Assembly (NCBI RefSeq): GCF_018350175.1
Contig: NC_058369.1
Location: 18,540,001-18,604,000 of the forward strand
Length of the DNA stretch: 64,000 bases
Direction of reading: 5' to 3'
DNA from: Felis catus
Taxonomy: Eukaryota
Shown here: piece after piece, positions 62,742 to 64,000 of the stretch
How positions within the stretch are numbered: the first letter of the stretch is position 1
How the letters are laid out: each line of letters begins with the position of its first letter
The notes under the pieces: model-generated
Seen by the model: the letters and a program-made list of their open reading frames with translations, nothing else
Database searches by the model: none
Told to the model about the DNA's origin: nothing
Position numbers and translations under genes: made by a program

Positions 62742-64000
62742 TCCAGAGCTTAGCAGAGCTTGTATCCTTGGTTGAAGTAAGAAACTTAGCCTGTCTCATG
62801 GAGGTGGAACTGGGCATTGAGAAGGTGTTGATAAACCTGCCTGTTAGATGTACCGAAGCTCATCTGAGGAAGATGGTCACTGAGGAAGCCAGCTTCAGTT
62901 GGCCTTGGGTGGCCAGTGCATCAAAAAGGGATGTCTTCTCCCTTCTTCCTGAATAAGTCTTATGCTTGACACTGGAAATGTCCAGCTATTTTTGAAGTGG
63001 TAAAGCAAAGGGAAAGAATGAACTTTGGTGTAATGCCACATTTGAGGTAAAATTGATTTGTATTTGTTGAACACCTGTCTCATTGAAGGGTTGGGTGGCA
63101 TGCCATGGGTGTAAGCGGTCCAGGTTAAGTGGAGCACACTTGTGCTGTCAGAACGCCTGTGGCTCTGTGTTCAGGAGCATGTGCTGTGGAGTGTACTCAT
63201 CATTAAATGAGTGGCAGAGATTGGACATGCTTGGATAGGAGGAAAAGCACTCCTGGGGAGGTGAAAGAAGAGCAGTCCTTGGGAGAAGACGACTTGCAGC
63301 TCAGTCCTGAAGATAATGAGGGAACCAGAAGGTTCAGTAGACATCTCAGCACTGGGCAGTGATGCAGTGTCCTGGCTTGTGGAGGAGGGGAGCCCAGAGC
63401 AGAGGACCAGAGGTCAGGTATGAACCAGGAATCTTGGACAAGGCATTAGCCAAAGCCAGTGGCGGGGAGCGTGAAGAGATGACAGGTGAGGCAGGAGGGA
63501 CCCAGAAGGTGGGAAGGAGGTAAGGATCTAGTGCAAACTCTTTCAGGTCTTTGACCTATTTTTGAACTTGACTGGAAGGCTTGGTCTTGACTCACATCAT
63601 TGGATGGTAACAGTGAGCCCATCTCCCAGGGAAGGCCAAGCGAAAAGCAAGTGTCTGCCTGGATCCTCCTGTCCCTGTCCTTCCCGGTTTCTTGGAAGGA
63701 CTGAGAGTGGTCTAGGAAATAGAGGCCATACTCTGAGGCCTTGGCTTTCCTTGATTGGTGCTGACCTACATTTTCCTCCACCCTGGCCAGGCCTTGCTGT
63801 TTGTTTCCCACTGAACCAGTCTGAGCTCAGGACCCAGGTAAATTAGGCCCTGATCTGGCCCCCAGTGGACACTCAGTCTAGTGGGACAAGTGTTTATTGG
63901 GAAAAAAGAGAGGCTCATATAACTTTTTCTTGAGACTTTAATCTTCTAAGTAAGAGCAAGCATTTACATTTTATATTGTTCTTCATTTATGGAGAGATTG

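Larger units (their letters stand above)
32761..64000 (+). other. DAG1: DAG1 intron 1 (first coding exon lies beyond the right edge)
   Basis: No dystroglycan coding sequence found in the window; repeat-rich; DAG1 intron 1 is known to be tens of kb. Confidence 0.8.

Noticed and set aside
63160..63200. ggctctgtgttcagg resembling the start of DAG1 exon 2
   Set aside because: No AG acceptor/pyrimidine tract and no dystroglycan signal-peptide ORF follows

Overview
Mammalian genomic DNA from a felid: it is dense in tRNA-derived carnivore SINEs of the cat SINEC_Fc type and carries a young cat-type L1. The gene order is the conserved AMT-NICN1-DAG1 locus. Minus strand: the first three coding exons of AMT (glycine cleavage T protein, running off the left edge) and the complete six-exon NICN1 gene (213 aa). 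NICN1's polyA signal lies about 540 bp from the AMT start codon. About 7-31 kb is repeat-rich intergenic DNA with nested LTR/SINE stacks, old L1/L2/MIR/MLT2 relics and a processed ATP5MK (USMG5/DAPIT) pseudogene. A CpG island at about 31.8-33.2 kb holds the DAG1 promoter and non-coding exon 1 on the plus strand. The rest of the window is DAG1 intron 1, with candidate 5'UTR cassette exons and a very recent antisense L1 insertion. I found no convincing new protein-coding system. The best leads are regulatory or retrotransposon-related: in-frame NICN1-AMT read-through potential, an L2-donated polyA signal, a young L1 with a flank-opened ORF, a recurrent SINE-into-SINE insertion site, and cryptic DAG1 exons and promoter. 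Gene and repeat-family names come from recognition, not database searches, and repeat boundaries are approximate.
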